In this document: one piece after another, positions 30,948-41,601 of the stretch | How the letters are laid out: each line of letters begins with the position of its first letter | Position numbering within the stretch: position 1 is the first letter of the stretch | NCBI GenBank assembly: GCA_002427605.1 | Contig: DIRT01000019.1 | Span: 7,214-71,213, forward strand | From: Bacteroidales bacterium UBA5429 | Lineage (GTDB): Bacteria; Bacteroidota; Bacteroidia; Bacteroidales; WCHB1-69 | Length of the DNA stretch: 64,000 nucleotides | Direction of reading: 5' to 3' | Program-made: the position numbers and the translations under genes | Notes under the pieces: generated by a model | Seen by the model: only the letters and a program-made list of their open reading frames with translations | The model's database searches: none | Told to the model about the DNA's origin: nothing

Positions 30948-31829
30948 TTATTTAAGTTGATAGAGATAATAGGTGTTAAAAGGGATATTATCCGGGGATG
31001 ATCTGCGAATAGCGCGTCTGGGAAATTTATATTTATCAAGGATATACTCAAATGTTGTAAATTTTGAACCCATGTTGTACTCATTCAAGTAGTTAACAAC
31101 ATACTCTGAAGCTCTGTTGTTCTTTGAGTAGCCCATTAAGTTGTTGTAAGCGTAGGGCAGTCCGTAATAGGGATTGAATGATAACGTGTCGTAAGTATAG
31201 TCATAAGTAACTCTGGTGGAAAATTCCGGAAATTGATCTGTAATATTGATAATGTTATCACCTCTGTAGGTTACTTTTCTGAGACAATGTAGTATTAATC
31301 CTTTGGTTCCGTTTTCTTTATAGAGCGTGGTTACCATAGGATTCTCCCCGATTATTCTTTGGTATAGAGGGGCATTCACTATTTTATCAAATCCGGAGAA
31401 ATAATCCACATCGTAATGTTCTGCCACCTGAGTAATTTTAGTGGTTTTTTCATCTCTTTGAAATACAACCTCCATGCGGGTAGCTCCATCCATCACATAA
31501 GTGATTCTATTAACCAGTTTATCAACGTAGTAGAGTTTCACACTTTCAACATACAATGGAGTTGAGTGTTCGATAGTTGCTACGGTTTTATCAGAGTTGT
31601 AAGTAAAGTTAAAGTAATAATGAACCGAATCTTGTCTGTCAAAAACATCTATCTTTTCGATTCTGTCTTTTTTATCGTAGATAAAGGTTTGATCGGGGTC
31701 ACCCACTTCACTGAGCTCCCAGATTTTATATAGTTTTTGTTTTGGACGATAAATATCCTGATCTTTATTGCAAGCAGTAAACAATAAGAGGGCTCCTAAA
31801 AAAGTTACGAAATATAACAGTTTTTTCAT
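30948..31829 (-). CDS. Hypothetical lipoprotein
   Basis: Lipobox FTAC; Tyr-rich beta segments (YDYTYD..NPYY). Confidence 0.7.
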   Translation of the reverse strand: MKKLLYFVTFLGALLLFTACNKDQDIYRPKQKLYKIWELSEVGDPDQTFIYDKKDRIEKIDVFDRQDSVHYYFNFTYNSDKTVATIEHSTPLYVESVKLYYVDKLVNRITYVMDGATRMEVVFQRDEKTTKITQVAEHYDVDYFSGFDKIVNAPLYQRIIGENPMVTTLYKENGTKGLILHCLRKVTYRGDNIINITDQFPEFSTRVTYDYTYDTLSFNPYYGLPYAYNNLMGYSKNNRASEYVVNYLNEYNMGSKFTTFEYILDKYKFPRRAIRRSSPDNIPFNTYYLYQLK

Positions 31830-31957
31830 GAGAGTATAAATTTAATGATTATCTAAAACAAACATGCAAAGATAGTAAAAAAACTTGTACATTTGCAATC
31901 GAGTATTGATAAAATTAAATACTTGTAAATAAGTGAATTAAAAACCAACAAATTGCT

Positions 31958-34123
31958 ATGACCTACTTTTTTGATCAACTGAAAGAAGCTTTTGTCCTCC
32001 CATTAAGCAATCCGGTACTGGTTTTTTCCCTTATTCTTTTCATTATCCTTTTATCTCCAATCCTTTTACGCAAATTAAATATCCCCAGTATTATTGGTTT
32101 GATTATAGCAGGGGTTATCATTGGACCTTATGGATTTAACTTTTTAGAGAAGAATGCGGCGATAGACCTTTTTTCAACCATCGGGTTGTTGTATATCATG
32201 TTTATTGCAGGATTGGATCTGGACTTGAATGAGTTTAAGAGTAACAGGAATAAGAGTATTTGGTTTGGTTTTTTTACTTTTATTATTCCTTTTGGGCTTG
32301 GATATCCCGTATGTCACTACCTTTTAGGTTATGATGTAGATGCCAGTATTTTAATATCGAGCATGTTTGCTACTCATACTCTGGTATCTTATCCTATAGT
32401 CAGTAAGTTAGGTGTTTCCAAGAATAGGGCTGTGGCTGTGACAGTTGGAGGTACTATTTTAACTGATACAGCAGTTTTGATTATTTTAGCTGTTGTTGTG
32501 GGTAAACATCGGGGTGGTTTAAGTACAGAGTTTTGGATTCGCTTGGGAGTTTCTCTGACTATTTTTACTTTGATCATGTTTTTGATCATTCCCCGCATTG
32601 CCAAATGGTTTTTTAAGAAGTTGGAGAGTGAAAAACACTCTCACTATATTTTTGTTTTATCGGTGGTATTTTTTGCAGCTTTCTTGGCGGAAATGGCTGG
32701 TGTAGAGCCTATTATCGGGGCTTTCTTTGCAGGATTGGCATTGAATAAGCTAATTCCTCACTCCTCCGCATTGATGAATCGGATCGAGTTTATGGGGAAT
32801 GCTCTATTTATTCCTTTTTTTCTGATTAGTGTCGGGATGATTGTCGATGTGAGAGTAATCCTGAATGGTCCGGCAGCCTTGATTATAGCAGCAACACTTT
32901 CTGTTGTGGCGATAGCCGGGAAATGGCTGGCTGCAGCCGCAACACAATTGGTCTTTAGATTTTCCAAAGCACAACGACAGCTGATTTTTGGATTAAGCGG
33001 GTCACATGCAGCCGCTACTTTGGCTGTGATTTTAGTAGGCTATAATGCAGGTATTTTGGATGATAATATTTTGAATGGAACGGTGATCCTGATACTAATT
33101 ACTTGTATTGTGGCATCCTTTGCTACAGAGAGAGCAGCCCGTAAAATTATGGTGGAAACGGAAGAAAATGAAGGGGAGATTGTGAAAGCAGAAGAGCACA
33201 CCGCTTCCAATATTTTATTGCCGATAGAGAATGTTTCAAATGTTGAAAAAGTTGAAAAACTACTCGAATTTGCCATTTTTATCCGGGATAAAAAATCAGT
33301 GCATCCACTCTCTGTTTTGACAGTGGTTTCCAATGATGAAGAGGCTGAATCAAATATTATCAAAGCAAGAAATAAACTGGAAGCGTGTGTCACTAAGGCG
33401 TCTGCTTTTGAAACTAAAGTGAATGTGATTACCACTATTGACCATAATGCTGCCAGTGGAATCAGCAGGATTGCCAGGGAGATTATGGCCGATGTTATCA
33501 TTTTGGGATGGCCCTCCCGGAAAGGTTTTTTTGATAAGCTGATTGGGGAGAAAATGGATATGATTCTGGAAAATTCCGAAAAAACTATCTATGTTTGTCA
33601 CCCTGCTAAACCCTTGATCTTGCATAAACGAATCATATTGGTTGTTCCTCCCTTTGCGGAACATGAAAGTGGCTTTAAATTGTGGTTTGCCAATGTGATT
33701 CGATTAGCACAAGAACTTAGTGTATCTGTTCAGATATACGGAAATGAAGATAGTTTTAAAGCAATTCATCGTCTATATAAGGAGAATAAGTTCAATGCGA
33801 CTTTGGTAACCCATAATTTTACGGATTGGGATGATTTTCTCATTCTATCCAGAGATATCAAAGATGATGACTTAATCTTCCTGGTTTCAGCACGCAAAGG
33901 GGCTACCTCTTATATGAGTATGATGGATAAACTGCCTGCAAAAATTGAAAAATATTTTAGAGATCACAGTAGAATTATTATCTATCCCGAACATTATAGT
34001 GACGAGCATGTACTGGATCAATACAAAGATTTTTCAGGTGAAACAATCAATAAGGGGATTGAGGCGGTTCAGAAGTTAGGTAAAGGGATTGGGAGTATCT
34101 TTAAAACTAAAGATGAAGAATAA
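31958..34123 (+). CDS. Cation:proton antiporter (CPA2) with C-terminal USP-like domains
   Basis: About 12 TM helices, IGLLYIMFIAGL, GGTILTD, IIGAFFAGL; soluble C-terminal half. Confidence 0.9.
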   Translation: MTYFFDQLKEAFVLPLSNPVLVFSLILFIILLSPILLRKLNIPSIIGLIIAGVIIGPYGFNFLEKNAAIDLFSTIGLLYIMFIAGLDLDLNEFKSNRNKSIWFGFFTFIIPFGLGYPVCHYLLGYDVDASILISSMFATHTLVSYPIVSKLGVSKNRAVAVTVGGTILTDTAVLIILAVVVGKHRGGLSTEFWIRLGVSLTIFTLIMFLIIPRIAKWFFKKLESEKHSHYIFVLSVVFFAAFLAEMAGVEPIIGAFFAGLALNKLIPHSSALMNRIEFMGNALFIPFFLISVGMIVDVRVILNGPAALIIAATLSVVAIAGKWLAAAATQLVFRFSKAQRQLIFGLSGSHAAATLAVILVGYNAGILDDNILNGTVILILITCIVASFATERAARKIMVETEENEGEIVKAEEHTASNILLPIENVSNVEKVEKLLEFAIFIRDKKSVHPLSVLTVVSNDEEAESNIIKARNKLEACVTKASAFETKVNVITTIDHNAASGISRIAREIMADVIILGWPSRKGFFDKLIGEKMDMILENSEKTIYVCHPAKPLILHKRIILVVPPFAEHESGFKLWFANVIRLAQELSVSVQIYGNEDSFKAIHRLYKENKFNATLVTHNFTDWDDFLILSRDIKDDDLIFLVSARKGATSYMSMMDKLPAKIEKYFRDHSRIIIYPEHYSDEHVLDQYKDFSGETINKGIEAVQKLGKGIGSIFKTKDEE

Positions 34124-34184
34124 AAAGAACCGATTGATGTACTAAACAAAGAAAAAGAACGTTTTTTTGGAATAGTTTCATGGT

Positions 34185-35276
34185 ATGAAAAGATTTTTTT
34201 GCCTTTTTCTTATAATTTTGAGTTTTATTCAGCTCCAGGCTCAGGTTGAAGCTCCTAAATACAGCAATGAGTTTCTGAATATCGGTGTTGGTTCGCGTGC
34301 ATTGGGGATGGGAGGTACTGTGAGTGCGCTGGTCAATGATGTGACCGCCGGGTATTGGAATCCTGCAGGATTGACCAGGATGGAGAAAAAATATGAGCTG
34401 GGTTTGATGCACTCAGAGTATTTTGCAGGGATTGCCAAATATGATTTTATTGGTGCGGGATACCGGATTGATGATCAATCCGCTGTTTCGCTCTCTTACA
34501 TTCGGTTTGGAGTGGATAACATCATGAATACCACGGAGTTAATAGATGCGCAGGGGAATGTTGATTACGATAAAATTTCCTACTTCTCTGCTGTAGATAA
34601 TGCCTTCTTGCTCAGTTATGCACACAAAATTACAGGACATGAAGCGTGGTCGATCGGAGGGACAGCAAAGATTATCAGAAGAACGATCGGTCAGTTTGCC
34701 GGATCCTGGGGATTTGGATTGGATTTTGGTGTACAATACAGTCATAACGGATGGAGTGCAGGATTGGTAGCGAAAGATATCACCTCCACCTTTAATGTGT
34801 GGAGATACAACTTATCCGATGAGGTGATTCGCGTTTTTGAAGAGACTCAAAATGAGATTCCAACCAATAGTCTGGAGTTAACCTTACCCAAACTGGTGTT
34901 GGGCGGAGCCAAATATGTGGAGTGGAATAAAGATTGGAACTCTACTTTTGCACTCGACTTCGACTTTACTTTTGATGGTGCCAGAAACCGATTGGTAAAA
35001 ACATCATTTTTGAGTATGGATCCCCATTTGGGAGTGGAGGTGGGATTTCGTCGTTTGGCGGCATTGCGTTTGGGAGTCTCTAATTATCAGCAAATTCCCG
35101 ATTTTGATAACAAAATCAGACATAGCGTCCAATTGAACTTCGGATTGGGTTTTGGGATTAAGGACTTTCTGTTTGTCGACTATGCCTTTACCGATATGGG
35201 GAACCTGTCGATAGCCCTTTATTCTCACGTTTTTACAGTGAAAGTAGCTTTAGATAAACTAAAATTAAAACCATAA
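34185..35276 (+). CDS. PorV/PorQ-family outer-membrane barrel (T9SS-associated)
   Basis: Signal peptide, KYSNEFLNIGVGSRALGMG, YWNPAGL. Confidence 0.8.
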   Translation: MKRFFCLFLIILSFIQLQAQVEAPKYSNEFLNIGVGSRALGMGGTVSALVNDVTAGYWNPAGLTRMEKKYELGLMHSEYFAGIAKYDFIGAGYRIDDQSAVSLSYIRFGVDNIMNTTELIDAQGNVDYDKISYFSAVDNAFLLSYAHKITGHEAWSIGGTAKIIRRTIGQFAGSWGFGLDFGVQYSHNGWSAGLVAKDITSTFNVWRYNLSDEVIRVFEETQNEIPTNSLELTLPKLVLGGAKYVEWNKDWNSTFALDFDFTFDGARNRLVKTSFLSMDPHLGVEVGFRRLAALRLGVSNYQQIPDFDNKIRHSVQLNFGLGFGIKDFLFVDYAFTDMGNLSIALYSHVFTVKVALDKLKLKP

Positions 35277-35277
35277 T

Positions 35278-36096
35278 ATGAACTATTTTATATCAGATTA
35301 CCCTTATTCAAAGGAGCAGATTCAGGAGCGAATTCGACAATATGAAGCGTCGAAGCTAGCTTTTTTAACTGAGCCGGAAGCGTTCCGTTTTGCGTTGAAC
35401 TGTATAGATTTGACTACTTTGGAAGGGAGTGACACGCCCGACCGAGTAACGACGCTTTGTCAAAAAGCGGTGCAGTATCAGACAGCCGCGGTTTGTGTTT
35501 ATCCCCCCTTTATTTCTATTTCCAAAAAAGAATTAAAAAACACTCCTATCAGAGTGGCAACCGTAGCGGGAGCGTTTCCTGCAGGACAATCACCGATAAA
35601 AGTGAAATTGATGGAAGTAGGATATGCTGTAGAGCAGGGCGCCGATGAGATAGACATGGTGATTTCGAGAGGCAAGATGTTGGACGGGTTGTATGATGAG
35701 GTGTTTAGTGAAATTGTGGCGATTCGCGAAAAATGCGAAGGAAAAACGCTCAAAGTAATTTTGGAGACCGGAGAACTGGTTGAACCACAGTTAATTTATC
35801 ATGCGTCACAATTGGCGATGGCGGCAGGTGCCGATTTTATCAAAACTTCCACAGGCAAGGTAGCAGTCAACGCAACTCCGGAAGCGATGGTAGTGATGCT
35901 GGATGCTATTCATGACCATGCAGTTCGTACCGGAATTCAGGTAGGAATTAAACCTGCCGGTGGTATTTCTGACGAAAAAACTGCCATATTGTTCCTAAAA
36001 ATTGTAGAAAATGTGTTGGGAAAGGAGTGGTTTAACCCCAAAAAATTTAGAATTGGAACCAGCAGATTGGCTGATTTACTACATAAATTGGTCTAA
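35278..36096 (+). CDS. deoC: Deoxyribose-phosphate aldolase
   Basis: IDLTTL, GADEIDMV, KVILETGEL, DFIKTSTGK, KPAGGI, RIGTS. Confidence 0.95.
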   Translation: MNYFISDYPYSKEQIQERIRQYEASKLAFLTEPEAFRFALNCIDLTTLEGSDTPDRVTTLCQKAVQYQTAAVCVYPPFISISKKELKNTPIRVATVAGAFPAGQSPIKVKLMEVGYAVEQGADEIDMVISRGKMLDGLYDEVFSEIVAIREKCEGKTLKVILETGELVEPQLIYHASQLAMAAGADFIKTSTGKVAVNATPEAMVVMLDAIHDHAVRTGIQVGIKPAGGISDEKTAILFLKIVENVLGKEWFNPKKFRIGTSRLADLLHKLV

Positions 36097-36202
36097 AAGA
36101 AACTTTTTTATTTTTTATGTTCTGAATATCAAATAAATGTGTATCTTTGCAGTTCGAAAAAAACGGAAAAATAATTGTTTCACTTTATAAAAATTTATAG
36201 TT

Positions 36203-36484
36203 ATGACAAAGGCAGAGATCGTTAATGAAATTTCCAATAAAACAGGGATTGACAAACAAGCAGTTCAAAGTGTTGTTGAATCATTTATGACTAGTGTAAA
36301 GAGTGCACTATCAAGAAATGAAAACGTATATTTACGTGGTTTTGGAAGTTTTATCGTAAAAGAAAGAGCAGAAAAAACAGCTAGAAATATTTCTAAAAAG
36401 ACAACTATTGTGATTCCAGCACATAAAATACCCGCATTTAAACCTTGCAAATCTTTTGTAAACTCAGTTAAAAAAATTAAATAA
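36203..36484 (+). CDS. HU/IHF-family DNA-binding protein
   Basis: MTKAEIV...LRGFGSF...ARNISK...PAFKP; TATCTTTG promoter box at 36142-36149. Confidence 0.95.
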   Translation: MTKAEIVNEISNKTGIDKQAVQSVVESFMTSVKSALSRNENVYLRGFGSFIVKERAEKTARNISKKTTIVIPAHKIPAFKPCKSFVNSVKKIK

Positions 36485-36504
36485 TTTCACAAAACTTTAC
36501 AGCT

Positions 36505-36594
36505 ATGCCTAGTGGTAAAAAAAGAAAAAGACATAAAATGTCTACCCATAAAAGAAAAAAACGTCTAAGAAAAAATAGACATAAAAAGAAATAA
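36505..36594 (+). CDS. Small basic ribosomal protein, bS22/AURKAIP1-COX24-like (29 aa, absent from ORF track)
   Basis: Translates to MPSGKKRKRHKMSTHKRKKRLRKNRHKKK, between HU and RNase E/G. Confidence 0.85.
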   Translation: MPSGKKRKRHKMSTHKRKKRLRKNRHKKK

Positions 36595-36613
36595 TTTTCT
36601 TATTTAACCTTAT

Positions 36614-36655
36614 GAAAAACTAAATAGTATGACCCTTCATATTGTTTAGTTTTTC
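36614..36655 (+). terminator. Stem-loop after HU-bS22
   Basis: GAAAAACTAAATAGTATGA...TCATATTGTTTAGTTTTTC inverted repeat. Confidence 0.6.
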
Positions 36656-36672
36656 TTATTTGTACCGTAATC

Positions 36673-38265
36673 ATGTCAGAAGATTTAGATCATAGTGTTG
36701 TTAAAGAGCTTTTCATAACCTCCTCTTCAAGTGGGGTTAAGATAGCTTTGTTAGAAGATAAAAAACTGGTTGAAGTACATGAGGAAAGATCATCTGATCA
36801 TTTTGGAGTCGGGGATATCTATTTGGGAGTGACGAAAAAGCTGAATTCAGGAATGAATGCCGCTTTTGTTAATATTGGTGCTGAAAAGGATGCATTTTTA
36901 CACTATTTGGATTTGGGGAACCATTTCAATACAATGAAAAATTTTGTAAATGATGTCATCAATACCAATAAAAAGAGCATTGCCAACTATCCTTATGAGC
37001 CTGAACTACCCAAAGTGGGAAAAATAGGAGAGGTTTTAGCCTCCGGACAAAAATTGTTGCTTCAAATTGCTAAAGAACCGATCTCAACAAAGGGTGCCAC
37101 GGTAACGACAGAAATTTCACTTGCAGGAAGGTATCTGGTATTGGTGCCTTTTATGGATAAAATTTTTATATCGCAAAAAATTACGCGAGGTTCAGAAAAA
37201 AGAAGACTGCGGAAATTGGTTCAAAGTATTAAACCCAAGAAATTTGGGATTATCGTTAGAACTGTTGCGAATGGTAAAGAGATGGAGGAGATCCAGGCTG
37301 ACCTGGATCAGTTGATGGATCGCTGGAGAGTGATTGTAGATAAGCTCTCTATGGCAGTAGCACCCGCGAAAATAGCATCGGAACTGGATATGACTACCTC
37401 GCTGATCCGCGATATGATCAATGACTCTTTTGAGTCAATCTATGTCGATGATCCGTTGCTTTTTCAGGAACTAAAACAATATCTTCATAGCGTTTCACCG
37501 GAATATACCCATATTCTCAAATTATATAAAAATCCAAAGCCGCTTTTTGAAGCTATGAATATCACAAAGCAGATCAAAGCTTCTTTTGGGAAAAATGTGA
37601 CCATTAAAAATGGTGTCTATCTGGTTATAGAACATACCGAAGCGATGCACGTCATCGATGTCAACAGCGGAAATCGTACCAAAGCAGGGAAAGATCAGGA
37701 GGAAAATGCACGTACCGTTAATATGGAAGCGGCGGTTGAGATTGCCAGACAACTTCGGTTGAGAGATATGGGAGGGATTATCAGTATCGATTTTATCGAT
37801 ATGAGAAAACCGGCGAACAGATCTGCATTGTACCAGAAAATGGTGCAATTGATGAAAGAGGATAAAGCCAAACATACCATTTTACCCGTGAATAAGTTTG
37901 GAATTATACAAATTACCAGACAGAGGGTAAGGCAGGAAAAAGTGATTCATGTTGCCGAAACTTGTCCATCCTGTAGAGGTACCGGAAAGGTGCAACCTGC
38001 AATATTGATAGTGAAGGAGATGGAAGAGATGATTGAGTATATCATCAATAATAAGATTGCATCCAAATTCTATATTAAAGTACACCCAATCATTTATGCC
38101 TATTTGACTCGCAAGCTCTATTCACATCGCTTGAGATGGTCTATCAAGTATAAAAGATGGATTAAACTGGTTCCGGCTGAAAGTTTCCAATTGTTGGAAT
38201 ATAGGTTTTTCAATAGGATGGATGAACAGATTATGTTCTGGACCTCTCCTACAATTGATGAATAA
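36673..38265 (+). CDS. Ribonuclease E/G family
   Basis: GDIYLG S1 domain, KEPISTKG, IDVNSG, QLRLRDMGGII.IDFIDM, CPSCRGTG. Confidence 0.94.
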   Translation: MSEDLDHSVVKELFITSSSSGVKIALLEDKKLVEVHEERSSDHFGVGDIYLGVTKKLNSGMNAAFVNIGAEKDAFLHYLDLGNHFNTMKNFVNDVINTNKKSIANYPYEPELPKVGKIGEVLASGQKLLLQIAKEPISTKGATVTTEISLAGRYLVLVPFMDKIFISQKITRGSEKRRLRKLVQSIKPKKFGIIVRTVANGKEMEEIQADLDQLMDRWRVIVDKLSMAVAPAKIASELDMTTSLIRDMINDSFESIYVDDPLLFQELKQYLHSVSPEYTHILKLYKNPKPLFEAMNITKQIKASFGKNVTIKNGVYLVIEHTEAMHVIDVNSGNRTKAGKDQEENARTVNMEAAVEIARQLRLRDMGGIISIDFIDMRKPANRSALYQKMVQLMKEDKAKHTILPVNKFGIIQITRQRVRQEKVIHVAETCPSCRGTGKVQPAILIVKEMEEMIEYIINNKIASKFYIKVHPIIYAYLTRKLYSHRLRWSIKYKRWIKLVPAESFQLLEYRFFNRMDEQIMFWTSPTIDE

Positions 38266-38273
38266 TCAGTAAG

Positions 38274-38714
38274 ATGAACGATATAGAAAAGGTATACCGT
38301 TATGGTGCATATCAAGATCGTACGGAATATGAAATAAGGATCAAAGCGAAAGCTTTGGGAATTGTAGGAGAACGATTGGAACAGTTGATAGAGCAATTGA
38401 AAGAGGAGTCTTTTATTGATGATGTGCGATTTGCACAAAATTATGTGAGATCCAAATTGAATCATGGTCGGTGGGGAGTGATTAAAATTAAAAGTGGACT
38501 TTTTGCTAAAGGGGTGAACCCGAATATTATTGATGAGGTGGTGGAAACGATAGATGAAGAGTACTACTATCAAAATATGCGCCATGAAATGGATAAGTGG
38601 ATGCAATCGAAACCCCAAACAGAAGAAAATAGAGATAAATTGATCCGTTTTTTACTCGGGAAAGGGTATCAATACGGAGAAATCATAAAAATGTTGAATA
38701 GAGATGGTGACTAA
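38274..38714 (+). CDS. recX: Regulatory protein RecX
   Basis: FIDDVRFAQNYVR, WGVIKIKSGL..KG, RFLLGKGY. Confidence 0.85.
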   Translation: MNDIEKVYRYGAYQDRTEYEIRIKAKALGIVGERLEQLIEQLKEESFIDDVRFAQNYVRSKLNHGRWGVIKIKSGLFAKGVNPNIIDEVVETIDEEYYYQNMRHEMDKWMQSKPQTEENRDKLIRFLLGKGYQYGEIIKMLNRDGD

Positions 38715-39790
38715 CGAACAGATAAAAGAGCTCGGAAAAAGAGTAGCAGAGCTAAGGAGGTGTCTTTGACATCGATCATAAAATAGCCGAAATTAAAGAT
38801 AAAGAACAGATTACGCATGCGCCTGATTTTTGGAATGATTCCAAAAAAGCGGAACAGCTGTTGCGTGAAATCAGCGGAATTAAAGCCTGGGTTGAGGAGT
38901 TTCAAAGTGCTCAAAACGCATTGGATGATCTGTTGCTGACTTATGAGCTTTTTAATGAAGAAGATGCGACAGAGGAGGAGGTGGAAAGTGTATACGATAA
39001 GGCACTGGAAGATATTGAAAATCTGGAGTTTAAGAATATGATGTCCGATGAGGAGGATCAGCTGGGTGTGATTTTGACGATCAATTCTGGCGCAGGGGGG
39101 ACTGAAAGTTGCGACTGGGCTTCCATGCTGATGCGAATGTATCTCCGTTGGGCTGAACGAAAAGGATACCCGACTGTTATCTTGGATCAGCAAGAGGGCG
39201 ATGTGGCTGGGATTAAGCAAGTTACCATCGAAATCGATGTGCCTTACGGATATGGATATCTGAAAAGTGAAAACGGAGTCCACCGTTTGGTGAGAATTTC
39301 GCCTTTTGATTCGGCAGCGCGCCGGCACACCTCTTTTGCATCGGTGTATGCCTATCCAATTATCAATGAGGATATTGTGATCGAAGTGAATCCCGCAGAT
39401 ATCTCCTGGGACACCTACCGTTCGAGCGGTCCGGGAGGACAAAATGTGAACAAAGTGGAAACCGCTGTCCGACTACACCACCATCCAACCGGCATCATTG
39501 TAGAGTGTCAGGAAACCAGATCGCAGCTGCAAAACAGGGAAAAAGCGATGCAGATGTTGAAGTCGCAATTGTACCAAAGGGAGCTGGAGAAAAAGCGCGA
39601 GAAGATCTCTCAGATCGCAAGCAGCAAAAAACGGATAGAGTGGGGGTCTCAGATTCGAAGTTATGTAATGCACCCCTATAAATTGGTGAAAGACCTGCGT
39701 ACCAACCACGAAACCGGAAACGTCAACGCCGTTATGGACGGCGACCTGGATGCCTTCCTGAAAGCATATTTGATGGATCACTCCGCTTGA
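38704..39790 (+). CDS. prfB: Peptide chain release factor 2 (programmed +1 frameshift)
   Basis: ATG at 38704; AGGAGG (38755-38760) then CTT-TGA-C (38764-38770). The +1 frame continues DIDHKI... to the SPF and GGQ motifs. Confidence 0.96.
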
Positions 39791-40812
39791 AATCCCTGCG
39801 CCTGCAACTCAATCAACTTTTGGTCATTGGTAACCAGATTTTTCCCGGCTGATGCGGCAGTAATATGTCCAATAACGGAAATCTCTTTAAGGTTTTTAAT
39901 TTTCTCGTAATCCTCTTGCTTGATAGTGAAAAGTACCTCATAATCTTCACCTCCATTGAGTGCAATGGTAGTGGCTACAATTTTCAATTCTTTCAAAGTG
40001 TCAAAAGTAAGCAAGTCAACAGGCAGTTTTTCTTCATAAATGGTACATCCGCAATCCGATTGCTGACATAAATGGAGTAGTGCGTTGGCAAGTCCATTTT
40101 TGACATTGATCATGCTGGTAGGCAGGATTCCCGCTTTCTTAAGGTCTTCAATCACATCCACTCTGGGTTCCGGCTTTAACTGACGCTCAATGATGTAGGA
40201 ATACCCCTCTAAATCAGGTTGTTGTGTAGGATTGACCGCAAATACCTGCATCTCTCTATTCAAAATTAAAAGTCCGGTGTAGGCAGCACCCAGGTCTCCG
40301 GAAACACAAATTAACTCATTTTCAGCGGCTCCTTTGCGCTGAACCAACTCTTTTTCTTTGACAGTACCAATCATCTGAGCTCCAATAATCAATCCGGTAT
40401 TGGAACTGGTAATATTCAGTCCAACCAGGTCGATACCGTACCTTTCGCAACAGAATTTAACACCGGCGGTAAACTCCTCCAGTGCCTCTACAGAAAAGCG
40501 GTTGGAAGCTCCGATATTGATCCGGATTTGTGAGGGAGTTCCATTCATCCCTACAATATCGGCAGCAGCGGCAGCTACTGTTTTATACCCCAAATGTTTG
40601 AGCGGGAAGTAACCCAGGTTAAAATGGACATTCTCAATCGCTAAAGTCGAGGTAGTAAGGGTCAGTTGATCACCCATTTTTAAAACCGAAGCATCATTCT
40701 CTATTCCCGATAGGGAAGAAGCGTTGCTTAATTGGAAAAATTCCCCTAAATGTTTGATCAATTCCTCTTTGCCCATTTGGGATACCTCAAGTCGACCTTT
40801 GTTTTCTAACAT
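39778..40812 (-). CDS. ThiL (thiamine-monophosphate kinase)-like protein with degenerate active site
   Basis: VHF...[26 protein letters not shown] match Bacteroidetes ThiL, but several Asp motifs are substituted. Start placed at MLENK after the promoter box at 40837-40844. Confidence 0.85.
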   Translation of the reverse strand: MLENKGRLEVSQMGKEELIKHLGEFFQLSNASSLSGIENDASVLKMGDQLTLTTSTLAIENVHFNLGYFPLKHLGYKTVAAAAADIVGMNGTPSQIRINIGASNRFSVEALEEFTAGVKFCCERYGIDLVGLNITSSNTGLIIGAQMIGTVKEKELVQRKGAAENELICVSGDLGAAYTGLLILNREMQVFAVNPTQQPDLEGYSYIIERQLKPEPRVDVIEDLKKAGILPTSMINVKNGLANALLHLCQQSDCGCTIYEEKLPVDLLTFDTLKELKIVATTIALNGGEDYEVLFTIKQEDYEKIKNLKEISVIGHITAASAGKNLVTNDQKLIELQAQGFQAE

Positions 40813-40918
40813 AGCTTCAGATATATGATTAACCTGCAAAGATATAAATAAATCTTGACCCGCTTCCTCTTTGAAGTGGATTATTTTTGCTATTTTTGTA
40901 GCTTTAATATTGAATCAC

Positions 40919-41578
40919 GTGACTATAAAGCAAAAATACGAATTTATTCTCGACTATTTTATCAAACACAATCCGGAGCCTGCCTCTGAATTGATTTATG
41001 ATAATCCATTTGAATTGTTGGTGGCTGTAGTGTTGTCGGCACAGTGTACAGACAAACGAGTGAATATGATTACGCCGGACCTGCTTATGAAATATCCGAC
41101 TCCTGAAAAAATGGCTGAAGCAGAAGTTCAGGAGATTTATGAGCTGATCAAGTCTTGCTCCTATCCTAACAATAAAGCCAAACACTTGTCGGGTTTATCT
41201 AAAATGTTAGTTTCCCAATTTAACAGTGAAGTACCTCAAACTTTGGAGGAGCTAACTCAATTGCCCGGAGTGGGAAGAAAAACGGCAAATGTGATTCTTT
41301 CAGTCATTTTTGATCAGCCCTCTATGGCAGTGGATACGCATGTTTTCCGGGTTTCTCATCGCTTGGGAATAGTGAAAAATGCGAAAACTCCACTGGAAAC
41401 AGAAAAACAGTTGGTGAAACATTTCCCGACGGAGTGGATTGCCAAAGCGCACCACTGGCTGATTTTACATGGAAGGTATGTTTGTATTGCGCGCAAACCA
41501 TTATGTGCTCAATGTGACTTAAAATCAATATGCAGTTACTATGAGAAAGAGCACAAAGAGACAGATATAAAAGAATAA
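40919..41578 (+). CDS. nth: Endonuclease III
   Basis: LSAQCTD, LPGVGRKTA HhH, VDTHVFRV, C-x6-C-x2-C-x5-C Fe-S motif. GTG start inferred. Confidence 0.95.
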   Translation: MTIKQKYEFILDYFIKHNPEPASELIYDNPFELLVAVVLSAQCTDKRVNMITPDLLMKYPTPEKMAEAEVQEIYELIKSCSYPNNKAKHLSGLSKMLVSQFNSEVPQTLEELTQLPGVGRKTANVILSVIFDQPSMAVDTHVFRVSHRLGIVKNAKTPLETEKQLVKHFPTEWIAKAHHWLILHGRYVCIARKPLCAQCDLKSICSYYEKEHKETDIKE

Positions 41579-41601
41579 TAACTTAATAATTTTGAAACGA
41601 T

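Noticed and set aside
38711-39442. 243-aa antisense ORF over prfB and other short overlapping ORFs in the track
   Set aside because: Shadow frames of well-supported genes, with no recognisable motifs.
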